A stretch of DNA of 64,000 bases. Origin: Veleropilina oligotropha (Eukaryota). The notes below the pieces were generated by a model. It worked only from the letters and a program-made list of their open reading frames with translations, did not search any database and was not told the DNA's origin. Position numbers and translations under genes: made by a program. Of the stretch, positions 46,001-58,200 are shown piece by piece (the stretch's first letter is position 1; the number at the start of each line of letters is the position of its first letter). Location of the stretch: the NCBI GenBank assembly GCA_048128005.1, contig JBEUKZ010000016.1, positions 248,001 through 312,000 of the forward strand, in the 5' to 3' direction.

Positions 46001-49000
46001 AATTTATTTTCTGCTGTGAGGGAAATTCGATTCGAAGTGGAGCATGAGGCAAACTGTACTTGGATACTCTCTGATATTATATACCGGTAGCTTCAGTGGA
46101 TCGGGCCCAAGCCGATCGTTGCAATGATAAATTTCACACATATTTCTGGTTTGCGTCACTGACTATGTGTTGTGTTCTGATTTCAGCTGGTGTGGGTGCT
46201 GTACTGCGACATTGTCTGTCTCGACTATGACGGTAACGTCACAGATGCCTGCGTCCTAGCTCTTCTCTCAGCGATAAAGAACAGTAAGTAAACTTAGATG
46301 GAACAAATGATACATACGAAATTACAATAATTGTTATGTTACGAAACACCTTGATGCTGATGAAAATAGTATGTCAATAATGACCATTTCAGTCCATCCA
46401 TGGTATAAGCGTATATACTATAGTGAAAGTCTGTCATAGACCCCCTATGTAAAATATACTCAGTCAGATTCTCAGGCTAGTGTTGTTGCTTTGTTAGGAT
46501 GTTTTAAGACCACTTTTTTACAATTGTCCACCTCACTTATAACTGATCGCACACTAGATAATTAATAGTTTAATTTAAATTTCACCTCTAAAATTTTGTA
46601 AAAGTGTTCGCTAAAACTTCTGCATCTTTATATGCAAACTATACCCTGGGGAATCTGTACCTAAAAGTTTGGACTTAAATTTGTTTTAGGCATGTTGTAA
46701 TGCCACGAAATGCTGCCTCAGTAATCTTGACAAATAAGTGATTGAATCAAGTGTTGTTTCATGCATGTGATCCAATTTGAGCATTGACTTTTACTGTATA
46801 GACGGTATTTTCATTGGCGTTTTAGATAATAACTTAATTCATTTTCTTTCAGCCAAACTTCCATCAGTGTCGGTAAATGAGGAAACTGAAGCTATAGAAA
46901 CGGATGAAGATCTCAAGCAATCGCTATCAGTTCTCAGTCTGCCCGTATCGACGACATTCGCCATATTTGATGAGTAAGTTGGAATACAGTTTCCTTTCTG
47001 TATACCATTATTTTGATCGTTATAATCATAACATTTTACATTCTGCTGAGTGAATTGTGAGCCACACTCTTATCCACTAGACTGCCGGCTGGTTATGTGA
47101 CCATAGAAACTGTCCATATTTCAAGGTATAATATTTATTTTACTTAAAAGTTACTATGAGTTCGACCGTTCCTTTTGTGCAACACACATACGCGCAGACT
47201 TTTGCATACCTATATACGTCTGGTTTATTCGTACGACTTGCCATTTTCCATACAAAAAGCTAATGATGATATCACTAGAAAGAAACTATTTTATGTGTAA
47301 ATTTTCTATAACTTGTGGAGCATATAAAGTAATCTTGCTAATCTTTTCTTTGCGATAGTAACATCCTGATTATGGATCCCACGGTGGAGGAGGAGGATCT
47401 GGCCACAGGCACCGTCACCGTGGTAACCGTCAAGGACAAACTTTGTATTATTCACAAACCAGGTATGTGTATTATATTGAGACTTGGGTCCATGCACTCC
47501 TAGCTTTTCTTGTTGACAACGTTTACCACTGAAAATGAAACTAGAGGTATGCTCCTCATACTGGCCCGCCTTTTGTATATAATTCATCCATTGAGATTAA
47601 ATAATCAATAACTCGATAATAAATTTCATAGTAACTATCAGAAAGTATATATTTTACAATATTTCATATGACCTTGACCAGTGACCCCAACTTTGAACTT
47701 ACGGAAGGCCTGATGGTATACAAGATGTATACCAAATATGAAAAGGTGTAGGCCTAGCGGTTTGTCTTCTATGTGACAGAAAGCAATCTTCTAAGTCAAG
47801 AATGGAAATACACGAAAATGACCTTGAACTTTGACCCAGTGACCCCATCTTTGAACTTAGGCAAGGCCTGATGGTATACAAGGTGCATACCAAATATGAA
47901 AAGCATAGCTACAGCGGTTCGTCTTCTATGTGACAGAAAGCGATCTTTCAGGCCCAGAATGGAAATACACGAAAATGACCTTGACCTTTGACCCAGTGAC
48001 CCCATCTTTGAACTTAGGCAATACCTGATGTATACAAAGTGTATACCAAATAAGAAAACCGTAGCTCCAGTGGTTCGTCTTCTATGTGACAGAAAGGGAT
48101 CATCCAAGTCAAGACCGGAAATACACGAAAATGACCTTGACCTTTGAACTTAGGCAAGACCTGGTGGTATACAAGGTGTATACTACATTTGAAAAGCGTA
48201 GGTCCAACGGTTCGTCTTGTAATTGACAAAAAGTGATCTTCCAAGTCAAGAACGGAAATACACGAAAATGACCTTGACCTTTGACCCAGTGAGCCCATCT
48301 TTGAACTTAGGCAAGACCTGGTGGTATACAAGGTGTATACCAAATATGAAAAGTGTAGGTCCAGCGGTTCGTTTTCTATGTGACAGTAAGCGATGAGTGG
48401 ATGCCGACGAAGGACGCCAGTCCACGACTCTAGCCCTGCCTAGCAAGGCAGGCAAAAAAATGTAGCCAATGGACCTATTTTGTAATAAAAAATTTGAATC
48501 CCTTTTGAGGTATTTAACCAGAAATTATCGATGAACTTTCAGACTCTACGACTGCTTCATGTGGTGTCAGGATTTCTGTTGGATTGATTTCTTGGTGTTA
48601 CATGCATATGTGTTTGGGGACATCTTATTGCTTTAATTGTGCATTGACCCGAGTATCTGAAGATCTCATGATTTCAAATTTAATCGGAATATTGCACCAC
48701 ATTGATTTGCTTTCAAATGCATTGATTCCCACTTATGCTCCGACAGAGATTTTATCTAGACTTTAATATAATTAGGCCGGAAATGACATTTTTGTTCCAT
48801 GTCACACATTTGTACATGCCCTTTTATGCAACATAATTATATGTTCTCACCACCGTATAGCATGCTGCGGGCACATACAGATTGTCCAATCTATAAATCT
48901 TTATTCAATCTAAGCAAAGTTTGATAACCAGAATCTCCAGACAGTTAGAACCAAAGTCGTGCTCAATGGATTGTAAAATTGCCTTGCAGTGTTCGATCAA

Positions 49001-49392
49001 GGTTCATTCCATCTTCACCCAAACTTTGCAAGTAAGTTTATGACAACAAGAGCTCCTCCAAGTGAATTTGGATAACCATGTCAACAGACAGTTGGAACCG
49101 TAGGTCCTTGAATCCACAAAATGTTTCATTCTTTGGCAAATATTTTGCTCAGGAAGTTCTGACATTAGAAAAACATATCATGGGCATTTATTGCGAGCTG
49201 GTACTGTTGTTATAATTTCATGTATAAAATTGTATGCATGACTTTAGACAATTCATATCGGAATGAATATCCGTTTCAGGGGGCACCCCACTGTCAGACG
49301 CACAATTGCAGGACTGCATCGCGAGATCGTTCATCAGAGGCAAGGTTGTGGAACAACTGATAGAGGACACATTGCTCAGCGTAGACAGATAA
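40095..49392 (+). CDS. EXOSC8: Exosome complex component RRP43 (RNase PH family), 11 exons, 274 aa
   Basis: Exons 40095-40111, 43704-43740, 44019-44082, 44467-44540, 44904-44949, 45352-45457, 45851-45896, 46187-46283, 46853-46973, 47359-47462 and 49280-49392 sum to 825 nt with GT-AG boundaries. Translation [31 protein letters not shown]...[19 protein letters not shown]...[25 protein letters not shown]...[17 protein letters not shown]...[13 protein letters not shown]...IHKPGG matches RRP43. Confidence 0.97.
40476..41121. mobile_element. Foldback MITE with 9-bp TSD (Mutator- or AcademH-compatible)
   Basis: Arms 40476-40793 and 40805-41121 are near-perfect inverses (4 differences seen) around an 11-nt loop; termini TAGTCC..GGACTA; TSD cctagaatc (40467-40475 and 41122-41130). 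Confidence 0.9.
41770..42223. mobile_element. Hairpin-terminated element with asymmetric inverted repeat
   Basis: Palindrome 41770-41905 (centre cgaggcgatagccgag), then tttatcttgccttt (41909-41922) perfectly inverted at 42210-42223; extra internal hairpin at ~42114-42160. Confidence 0.65.
42748..43398. mobile_element. TIR-bounded MITE
   Basis: tgaagagtttggatgcaaaacgcg ... cgcattttgcatccaaggtcttca imperfect TIRs; a homologous reverse copy lies at ~58635-59380. Confidence 0.7.
47539..48458 (-). mobile_element. Helentron-type element with about 4.5 copies of a ~157-bp unit (EXOSC8 intron 10)
   Basis: Tandem gaccttgacctttgacccagtgaccccatctttgaacttaggcaa units; terminal structures match the copy at 4957-8386. 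Confidence 0.8.
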
Positions 49393-49940
49393 CCCAGGTG
49401 GACAGCCATCAAGAGTGTGCAATCAAATGGTCAAATTATTGGCTCGTTTTATTTTTATACTGTACTTGCAATGGTTGTACATCCTTTTGCAATGGCAACA
49501 TGCTAACCTCTCTGTAAACAAGGCCTTTGTATAAAAAATATATAATTGTGCCACCGAGGTATTGCCACATTAAACATGCGCTTGCTCATATAGAATACTA
49601 TTAGGCGATGAACAACAAAGCGCCGTTAATATGAAGATAGCGCTCAGCAACGAATTATTCTTGCTTGTAGTTAGTTATCAGTTAAGCATGTTACGATGTA
49701 CGTTATGTAGATTAAATGCGGAGAGTTTGACAATCAGAATGTCGAATTCAGTTAAATAACGTCAGCCATGATGTAAGAAATCTTCACCATGCTGTTGCTG
49801 TGCATGATTCTTGGAAGTAGATTTATGATATCCGCAATGAGAACTGAGGGATTACGCAAGAAAGATAAGCACTTTTCTTTAAGTAACACTTTTAAAGTAA
49901 ATAATAATAATGTGAGACATTCAGCCACAATTCGGATCAT

Positions 49941-50545
49941 AACGAGAGCACAGTAATGGTACATTACATTATGCCTCTTCCGTATAATTGTGGAAATATT
50001 ATGCGCGTTTCCGAAGATAATTGAAGCTGAATGTTTGTCGAAAAGGGGGGATAACTGAAGAAATATTTATCAAATTTCAGCCGTAATGGAACTTGACCTC
50101 AGAGCGATTATTTGCAATACAGTTACGAATTTGAATGACATCCAATGTGAGGTTCAGATGATAATTGACAGAAACTAATGTTTTGTCGAAAAAGGGAGAT
50201 AACTCTGGGAACATCAAAATTCTGCTGAAATTGAACTCTACCTCAGAGCTGTTATTTGCGACACAGTCCTAAGATTTGAACAACATGTTCAAATATGTCA
50301 TCCAATGCGCGGTTCTGAAGATAATAATTATTGGCAGAAGACAAATTTTTAACTTTCGTAACATAAATTTGTTTATATTCTGCTGAATTTGAACTCTGCC
50401 TCCGAGCTATTATTTGCAACACAGTCAAAGATTTGAACAACATCCGATGCGCGGTTCTGAAGTAATTAGTGGAAACCAAGGAGGGTCCGGATGACCAATG
50501 GTATAACATAATACCCCGCCACATCAATGTGGTTGGGTATAAAAA
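49941..50545 (-). mobile_element. Degenerate Helentron-type element
   Basis: Repeated gaaattgaactc...cagagc...tatttgc units and a terminal hairpin ataccc...gggtat followed by an A-run. Confidence 0.55.
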
Positions 50546-53500
50546 CTATTAATTTCAGGTTATGCACTTGCATTTTCACGTACAACAACTTGATGATGAA
50601 TCAAAGAGGATTTGTTTATTAAAACAAGACACTTGATAAGAACACGAGGAACAGATCAATGGTACAATTAACGTTACATGAGATCCATAAAACAGAACAG
50701 AGATTCATAAAACAGAACAGGTTACTATCAAACACACTACTGGTAGTTCATCCCTCACCAACACTATTTCGACATCATGTTTAGTTGGGATCGAGGCTGA
50801 ACGTCCCATTTATCGCTCTTCAGGTCGGGACATGATCATAATATTATTATCACGTGAACACCAATCAGTTGCTAGTATTTTCTACTGCGACTTAATCTGC
50901 GAAGTGTTTAGCCAGGGATATGATAACTCGCCCCGCTAAGTTGGTGCAATCCTTGCGAGCAAATTTTGACCAACTCTTTTAATCCACTTGATCACTGCTA
51001 CAGTCATTTGACTGTTTGCAGTGATAATCAGATTATTGATAGGTAGAGTCTCTCGTTTTATGTCGACTAACAAATACTTCGGTCAGGACCTTGATTTACA
51101 TCTCTATGGTCACACTCTATCATAATTGTAGCAGTCATCAATAAAATGACTCAACACTCCGACGTTATAGCTCATTCAATTAACACTAAGATTAAGGATC
51201 CATCTCCTTTTAATTATAAATGGAGCACATGTAAATGGTCCAATAACATTAATGTGTTCCTCCATTTTGGAATGTTGAGAGAAAGAATAACAATTTTCTG
51301 ACTACTAAGAAATTGCACGAGATGAATTTCCGATCATCGTGTCAGTGAGAACAATTGACAACGCAATAAAAACAAAGAGTCAATTTTCACAGCATGAATC
51401 TGACAGCAAACATGTAAAACTGCTGTTTTAAAACGTTCAAATTCTGTTACGTGTCAACTAGAGTTCCACTAATGAACGGGGGGCTATGACTGAGACACGG
51501 TCAATTGTTTTCCATTAGATTGACATTGAAGTTGAAAGGTCATATTTACCATCACCAGAATTTTGTTCAGGATTAGCTACAGATGGACTGCACCAAGTTA
51601 AAGAACGCACCATGTACACTTGCACTTTGGAGGAGCAGCAACAGGAACAACAATACACCTCTTTTAGAAATAACTTTGTGGAACAACTTATGGGAGTCCG
51701 TCAAAGATCTTTTCTTATTGAACAAGTCAGTTCTTTGATAAGCGGACAGATTCAAAAAATGACTAAAATGTCTCTATTGTTTATACAGTATCGTGTACAA
51801 TTTCATAAATTCACATCAAAGTCGATGGTTATGATTCATGATTTGACGAACTGTTACATCATTGATGCTCAACGTGCTTGACAGGGACATTAAACATTTT
51901 ACACAAACAAAAACAAGGCAACATAATTTACATATATAATAAGTTTGAAGTCAATTTCTACAGAATCAAATTTCTCAATATCCCAATAGTTTCAATAATA
52001 TCTCTAAACTTTGGCTACAAACACGAGACCTATAATAGTTTGTGAACAACATGAAACAGATATTCCAAAAGTTCAAAGTCTTAATTTGTTATAAACAAGT
52101 TATTTTGACAACTTTGTGCATTACTACCTGGCTAAGTCATGAATGCTAGTAAGTACAGTATCTAATATTAAAGTTTCCTGGTAAAATAGACTGGTGAGTC
52201 AATATTAGCTCTTAAAAATGACCCGTAAAAATGAGATGCCAAATGACGACTTCTTATAAATACAAAATATTCTTAAGGCTAAAACGCCCAATTTTAAAAC
52301 ATGACGAAAAACATGTTAATTTTAAAGGTTATTATGCATTTTAAGTACAAGATGGAATGCAATGGAAAATACATGGTACATGTAAATATATATCAATAAT
52401 AAATACTAAATATAAGAACGGTAACCAATGTGTACATATAGATCGATACATCAATAAATAATCTCTCTATTATGCATTATAATCAGCACAGATGCTTAAC
52501 ATGAATATGCAATGGTTCAAAACGAAATGTTCACTGGAAATGGTCCTCAAAGTCATGTCTAGAATGAACGTACATCGCAATGACAAATTCATATACGTAT
52601 ATATATTATAAATCCACTATCAGTACAGGACAACTAGAGCGTATATATCCAGAGTTTAGTAACATTGATTCTTTAAAAAGTATGCGAGTTGTATGGGGTA
52701 ACAGAAAATATATTGTAGAATAATATTGCTACATGTATTAAGATCTTTGTCATTGACAAAGCCTCTCTTCTCTAACTTTGAAACTGCTATAATTTTAAAA
52801 ATATTTCAACATGGTTTGTGCAGTGAATGACCATTTCACAGTAACTGTTGATATGTAAATGAAGCTTCACAACTACCAGTATTTTATGTGATGAATGCAA
52901 ACAGATGCCTTTGGTGTACACATTAAATATATCAAAACTTAAACACAAAATAACACTAAATTTAAATACTATATTCATCATTAACGAAACAACAGAAACA
53001 AACAGGAATGTATACAGTAATAAATTAATATGCATTATGTGACAACACAGTAATCTCTCTGAACATATATATTAGCAACAAATCCAATCGAAAACAAGTC
53101 TTCAGCCCTATATTACTGTCATATACATTGTCATCGAATCGGTAACAAGTTTTCAGCCCTTTATTACTGTCATATACATCGTCATCAGAAAACGTAAACA
53201 TTAAAGCAAAAATGTTCTTGTCATAGGACAACAAACAATACAACTAGGAAGCACTACAATCATTTAGATCTAAAAAAATCTACAATAATATGATTTTATA
53301 AACAATATTCAAGTATCCATGTCCGTTGCATATTGTTGAAATTGTCAGTCACATTTACAACCATTAGAAGCAGCACAATGATTTTGATGAGATTGCCTTA
53401 TTATCAAATACCATGATTAGTAGTGTCCAGATATCTTCGGTCGCAATAATTTTGACATGATATAGAGATAAATTCTCTGCTTCTTACATTACCGTTACAA

Positions 53501-55227
53501 CTTTTTGTCAACAATCCCACTTTGCATCACTTGTTTTGGTAAAAAATACCAGAAGCAACAAAATATTGTATCAGTTCTGTACATCTTGTAGAATTTATGT
53601 TAACACATCATGATTTGTCAATAAATTCATGTCATCTTGGAATTATCCGCACAGAATGCGTTACATTTGTACAAATGCCGCAGACGATGTCACCAAATAT
53701 GCTGCACGGAAAAATGTTATTCATTATATCGGCCAATATAAATATGGTCAAAATTTTCTGTAGAAAATGTACCTAATAGTGTGATAGCAGCTAGGCATAC
53801 ATGTACGAACATGACAATGATACATAAACATTATTTATGGTGTATAATAATGAAAATGCAATCTTCAATTTCGAATAAAATTTGTTTGCAACAATCTTAC
53901 ATTACAATCTTATTTCAATTATCCAAACTAGGAACATTATGACAATATAAAGTGCTTACTAGACATTAGAAAATATCATACAATAAACAAGTATAATCTC
54001 TAGTTACGAATTGAGCATTCTCAAGCTATCATGAAGGGTATACAGAAGTACGATTCTCACCATCCTATGTATATGACAGTGCACTGTACACTATCATGCA
54101 CAAACGCAATTTCTCTACTCCGCAAATATCTCTGCCACCGCACTACTTCTATCTGTAGGAGATATGTCAGGAGTGAATTCCCTGACCTACATTGACAATT
54201 GAATGTGGTATCGAGCATAGACCAAAGAGGGTCTCGCTCACACATCCCTTTCACAAAACTATTTGCGTTTTAAATATCGCTTCATTTTCTGAAGCAATAT
54301 GACAATTGCAATCCATTTTTTTTAGTAAAGAATTAATGCATGATTTAATGATCATTAACATAAAAACCAAATCAAGACGATTTAACCAATTTCACGTTAT
54401 GTGCTAATTTTCTTCATGAAGCGCAGCAGTGGCAGAGATATTAATAAATTAAAGGTATCGAGTATTCGTACCTTCATGAGAGTGTGCAGTGTAGTAAAGA
54501 TGTAGCGACTGAACACGTAGTGCGGAAAAGATGTGAGCCTGCACCAAAGATCAGAATACAGCAGACGAGGAACTGAATAGTTGGCACACTAATGTGCGAT
54601 TCATTTTTGGACATTATCATTTCCACATCAGCATAAACAATGTTCCCATGTCGCATGGTAATAAGCATAAATAAAGAAAACAGTGTATCAGCTAAATATA
54701 TATATGTCATATATAACTTCAAAAACTTGGCAAATCCAAGTATATGGCCGTCCAGAGTAAAGTAACAGGCACACATCGTAATGTATATCCAGCAACTACT
54801 TCTATAAAAGTAAGTACTTTTAGAACAATAAACAATAGTGCAATACAATAATACTGCGATCTTACATGACCTGATTATGTTTAATAATCTCTATTTACCA
54901 AAACTAATGGATTTGAATAAATTTACATAAATTTCTTTGTTCATCGTCGCCAATTTTAAACCATAAAATATTTTCTTTTCAAGTTCATATTGTAGATCAT
55001 TTCCTACAATAACCTCTGATACATCAATACGTAATTTAAACAAGCATTTTACTCTGATCTTCAAATTATATGTCATCTTAATAACTCTAGTCTTAATTTA
55101 ACATTGATGTTCAAATATTTTCGAATGAATGTCTAGACCACCACTACTACAGTCTATATATACTCTTGTCTAGTAAAGCTTTATGTGTACTTCCAACATC
55201 TCACACATGGCACGTTCTCATGGAGAG

Positions 55228-58200
55228 CTACTGCGGTGGAGTGACGTACTGTGCGCTGGGAGTGTAGGTAGTGCACAGCCCGTACGACACCTGTCCACCA
55301 CCGCCGGCGTTGACTGGTTGCTGCGGCTGGTAGGGTAGACAACTCTGCGTGGCGGCGTACGGAGGGTTGTAGTATACCGTGCCCTGACAGTGGCTGCCGT
55401 CGGGAGCTCCATAACCTGTGCAGAGAGAAGAGCGATGCATGCAGCAGGGAGAAGTAGGCGAATTACCAAGAACACCCCCGGCGGTGGAGGGAGGTGGGGG
55501 AGGCGTGCCGTAGACGTGAATGGTGTACACAGGGGCAGCAGAAGCATTGCTCGGAAGATCATCGGAGACCGGACCGACGTCGCTCATCGGCTGAGCGGCA
55601 TGCAAAACCTCGGACTGGTCGGCGGCGCAGTTATTGTCGTCGTTTGTCGACAATGCGGAATAACCGGGTAGGAAGCACTGAGCCTCGGGATTGAAGGACA
55701 AGTCTCGTGGGCAAACTTCGGCGGCGTTCGAAACGTTAAACTCAGCAGAGGGAGGATACTGAATGACGATTGGTCGTCCCTCGCAGCGAGCCTTCTCCGC
55801 GCTGGATTCGGCCAACATGTGCTGAAATCTAGGCGGAATGTCCTTGATCGGTTTCACCAGCTTTAAGTTGCCGTAGCGATAATATTTACGCTTAGTTTTC
55901 ACCAGCTTTACATTATTTGTCGATCTCTCATCCACGTCTTCCAAATCCAGCTCGGAGAAGACTTGCTGAAGGTCGTTCGGTGCAACCTCGTTCTGATCTT
56001 CGACAGTGCTTCTGCTCTCCTGTTCGGTGCTATCAGTGCTAATGAGAGAAGTAGCAGTCATATTGCCCTCCCGAGTCGAGTGTATCGGGCTGCCGTTACC
56101 GTAGTCGGAACCACACCCACTATCGGCGGAAGACTCTAATTCCTTCACGAGTTCCACCTTTTTTGCCGCATCACCATCGCATTGTGGATTAGAGGCAGTT
56201 TCAATGGAGCATGCAGAAACAATGCCGCAATGATCGTTATGGCTACCACTATTATTACTTGCACACGTTCGATCATCGCTAGGCATGCTGGCTATACCAT
56301 GAGTCATCCTCAGGTCGGGCTGATCGCACACGATCTCTCCCGATACGGCGGCGTAGCTCCCGTTCGGAATATTGGTTAGTGAGTTGACGAGGCTGTGAAT
56401 GGGTGACTGCTGTGGTGGCAGCTGAAGGTACGAGATGGCCCGATGGTACTGAAAGGGAAACGACCATCAAAGGTTACATTTTAATCCAAACAATAAGTTC
56501 TAGTCATCGATATCCCCCGCACGTTTCTATACTCCCCCTCGACAGCTTCGTTGTTGCGGGGGATAATCAATGAGTGAAGGCATTAATGATTAATGGCCAT
56601 GCCAGCATTCAATTATAACAAGAAGACAGTTGTCGAAGACTCGTTGCTATATTCTCATTCTACTTCGTTGTTGCAGGGTCAATTAAGGTCATCAACTTTA
56701 AATTTTGAGACGACGACATATTGTGTGCTCAGTGGACCTGGGATTTAAACTTTAGATTATAAGTTTTGTGAGCAAGCACAATTTTCACTTGGCTATAGCT
56801 CATCTTGAGACGTTACTGGCAGGTCGAGTGACTAACGAGTAGCTTTCAATTCATTTGTGCTGGTTTCGCAAATGTGGGTGGGACTCTGACAGGCCTCCCG
56901 ACAATCATGGCATGACCCTCCTGCAGCTGCTACATGGGGCAATATACCTTAAACCAATCCAATTGTCAAGAGAGGAAAACAATCTCTACTTTCATAATAT
57001 AGCATCTCTAAACACTAAATCATAGATATAATTTATACATTATCAAAGAGATCAGAAAAAGAACTTTGATAGATATGAAGTCAAAATTGCCAGAATGACT
57101 GCTTCTATGATATGAAACTAAACATTTACTTACCTCCAATCCTAAATTGAAGTAAAATCTAAGAGTATTCACATCTGAAACCAACAACATATTTTAAAGA
57201 TATTTTTAATATATTTTTATCATATATCCAGGTCATTTTACATAGTGCCAAAGTGTTTAATATCAACCATATTCTACATGTGTATTATTGACTTTCTATA
57301 ATTTTGATTGGATAATTTAATCAATGAAACTGAATAACAGCCAATGGCGTAGCAGGTCACAAAAGGCCAGTGCTGGTGTGTGCCCTACTTTTTTATTTGA
57401 AACCACACACTTGACAAAATGTGGCCACTTCAAATCATTTGAACGTCGATGTCAGCAGTCAAATGAAATACATGCAACTGCAACTATCGACCAATATTTA
57501 CTTGAAATATTACGCACAGAGCTCCAGGTAAGCATATCTACTGATCTAGCTTTAGATAGTTATATAGCCTACATAATTCACTGTCAGGGTAGTTTGCAGC
57601 GGAAGTGGTGTTCATTTCATTCGAGAATGACCGCCATTTTGTAGACGGTTCGAATCAATTTTAGGTGTAAATTAACATATTGATGTTGCATTTTTATAAA
57701 ATTATTCTTAAAACGTGTGTATAATTTTTAACATTTACAAAGCCGATGCATTTGTCCTGAAGTCTGGTGCTTTTTGTATCATTTGACGTATGTTTAGTTT
57801 GGTGGTATACGGGCAGACGACAAATCAACAGTCTTAACGAAATCGACACGTTCTTGACATTTCAGGTGTGTTATTCATGAATGTAAACTTATTGAATACA
57901 ATAGGGTATTTCTCATTGTTGGATTAGTGTAATATAACAACATTTATTGCTCTCAAGTTTATAATTTATGCATTATAAATATTAAAAAAGGACTTATTTT
58001 TCACACCCATTGACACATTTTCATGACGTCAATACTCAATTTATAAATATCAATCACTGCAATATCCCTACGCTCCATAATGATGTTAGAACGTGTCAAT
58101 ATCCCTACGCTCCATAATGATGTTAGAACGTGTCAATATCCCTACGCTCCATAATGATGTTAGAACGTGTCAATATCCCTACGCTCCATAATGATGTTAG

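Noticed and set aside
47699..48455. ORFs in the Helentron-type tandem units (also 5592-8192 and 33157-33919)
   Set aside because: Recurrent peptides come from the repeat units; no Rep, helicase or transposase motifs.
56279..56470. Alternative-frame ORF at the start of the last OTUD4-like exon
   Set aside because: The upstream 41-nt exon ends in phase 0, which selects the long YHRAISY... frame to the stop at 55228.
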